Below are positions 63,016 to 64,000 of a stretch of DNA of 64,000 nt, one piece after another. The DNA lies in NCBI GenBank assembly GCA_965240325.2, contig OZ251236.1, positions 620,001 to 684,000 on the forward strand, given 5' to 3'. The notes beneath the pieces are model-generated. The model had not been told where the DNA came from. It did not search any database and saw nothing but the letters and a program-made list of their open reading frames with translations. The DNA comes from Rebecca billardiae RCC1528. Lineage: Eukaryota; Protista; Haptophyta. Both the position numbers and the translations under genes were made by a program. The stretch's first letter is position 1; every line of letters begins with the position of its first letter.

Positions 63016-64000
63016 ATGCGCCGCTCGTCGACCCTCACGCTCGCAGCCTCGGCGGTGCGCCCACGCGTGGGCGGCGTGGCTCGCCGCGCGCTCTCGACCG
63101 CGGTCAAGCGCGAGGAGCGCCTGTCGCACCTGCTCGACGATGACCTCCGCACGCTGGATCCGGAGGTGTTCGATGTGATCGAGAAGGAGAAGTGCCGCCA
63201 GCGCACGTCGCTCACGCTGATCCCGTCGGAGAACTACACCTCGTCCGCCGTGCTCGAGGCGCTCGGCTCGGTCATGCAGAACAAGTATTCGGAGGGCTAC
63301 CCGGGCGCGCGGTACTACGGAGGGAACGAGTGGATCGACGCGGCCGAGAGCATGTGCAGGAAGCGCGCGCTCGATGCGTTCGGGCTCGACCCGGAGAAGT
63401 GGGGCGTGAACGTGCAGCCGCTCTCGGGCTCGCCCGCCAACATGTACGTCTTCACCGCGTGCATGAAGCCGCACGACCGCCTGATGGGCCTCGACCTGCC
63501 GCACGGCGGCCACCTGAGCCACGGCTTTCAGACCGAGACCAAGAAGGTGAGCGCCGTGTCGATCTACTTCGAGACGTTCCCGTACCGGCTGGACGAGTCG
63601 ACCGGGCTGATCGACTACGACGCGCTGCAGACGTCGGCGGGCATCATCCGGCCAAAGCTCATCATCGCCGGCACGTCCGCGTACTCGCGCCACATCGACT
63701 ACGCGCGCATGCGCCAGATCGCCGACTCGGTCGGCGCGTACATGATGTCGGACATGGCGCACATCGCCGGGCTGGTCGCGGCGGGCGTGGTGCCCAGCCC
63801 GTTCGAGCACTCGGACGTGGTGACCACCACCACGCACAAGTCGCTCCGCGGCCCGCGCGGCTCGATGATCTTCTACCGCAAGGGCAAGCGCGGCACCAAC
63901 AAGAAGGGAGAGGACGTCATGTACAACCTCGAGGGCCCGATCAACTCGGCGGTGTTCCCGGGGCACCAGGGCGGGCCGCACAACCACACGATCACGGCGC
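63016..64000 (+). CDS. SHMT: Serine hydroxymethyltransferase, probably mitochondrial (runs off the window)
   Basis: Arg/Ser-rich presequence; [58 protein letters not shown]. Confidence 0.96.
   Translation, partial: MRRSSTLTLAASAVRPRVGGVARRALSTAVKREERLSHLLDDDLRTLDPEVFDVIEKEKCRQRTSLTLIPSENYTSSAVLEALGSVMQNKYSEGYPGARYYGGNEWIDAAESMCRKRALDAFGLDPEKWGVNVQPLSGSPANMYVFTACMKPHDRLMGLDLPHGGHLSHGFQTETKKVSAVSIYFETFPYRLDESTGLIDYDALQTSAGIIRPKLIIAGTSAYSRHIDYARMRQIADSVGAYMMSDMAHIAGLVAAGVVPSPFEHSDVVTTTTHKSLRGPRGSMIFYRKGKRGTNKKGEDVMYNLEGPINSAVFPGHQGGPHNHTITA

Noticed and set aside
1-64000. tRNA, rRNA, U7 snRNA or histone stem-loop
   Set aside because: None recognised by eye; a covariance-model scan would be needed to exclude small RNAs.

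Overview
Eukaryotic nuclear DNA with very high GC, short GT-AG introns rich in (GC)n, and AT-rich microsatellite blocks between convergent genes. This style suggests a haptophyte alga (Pavlovales/Diacronema-like); that is inference only. Most entries in the ORF track are antisense or off-frame artefacts of high GC. About 20 real genes are supported: TFIIB-like, LSM11, RNF115/126-like RING E3, membrane-anchored TIR-like protein, EF-hand+SPRY protein, C2 protein, class III aminotransferase, PATROL1/Unc-13-like, FLASH-like coiled coil, a giant multi-exon receptor-like gene (23.9-35.8 kb), O-methyltransferase, coiled-coil/TPR protein, pseudokinase-HECT, SIRT6/SRT1, QCR6, two membrane proteins, RFT1, mannitol dehydrogenase-family enzyme and SHMT (truncated by the window edge). 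Mobile DNA defined from termini: a hAT-type MITE with an 8-bp TSD, two oppositely oriented Helitron2-like elements, a 2.4-kb TIR element with a 7-bp TSD, and a ~60-bp repeat in three copies. The best candidates for new biology are: (i) a cassette of 72-nt, one-LRR-per-exon modules with near-identical introns but hypervariable binding-face codons, inside a giant Pro-stalked, polycystin-like membrane protein; and (ii) LSM11 plus a FLASH-like gene, two partners in U7-type histone mRNA processing, about 16 kb apart. All family calls come from motif recognition by eye; no searches were run.
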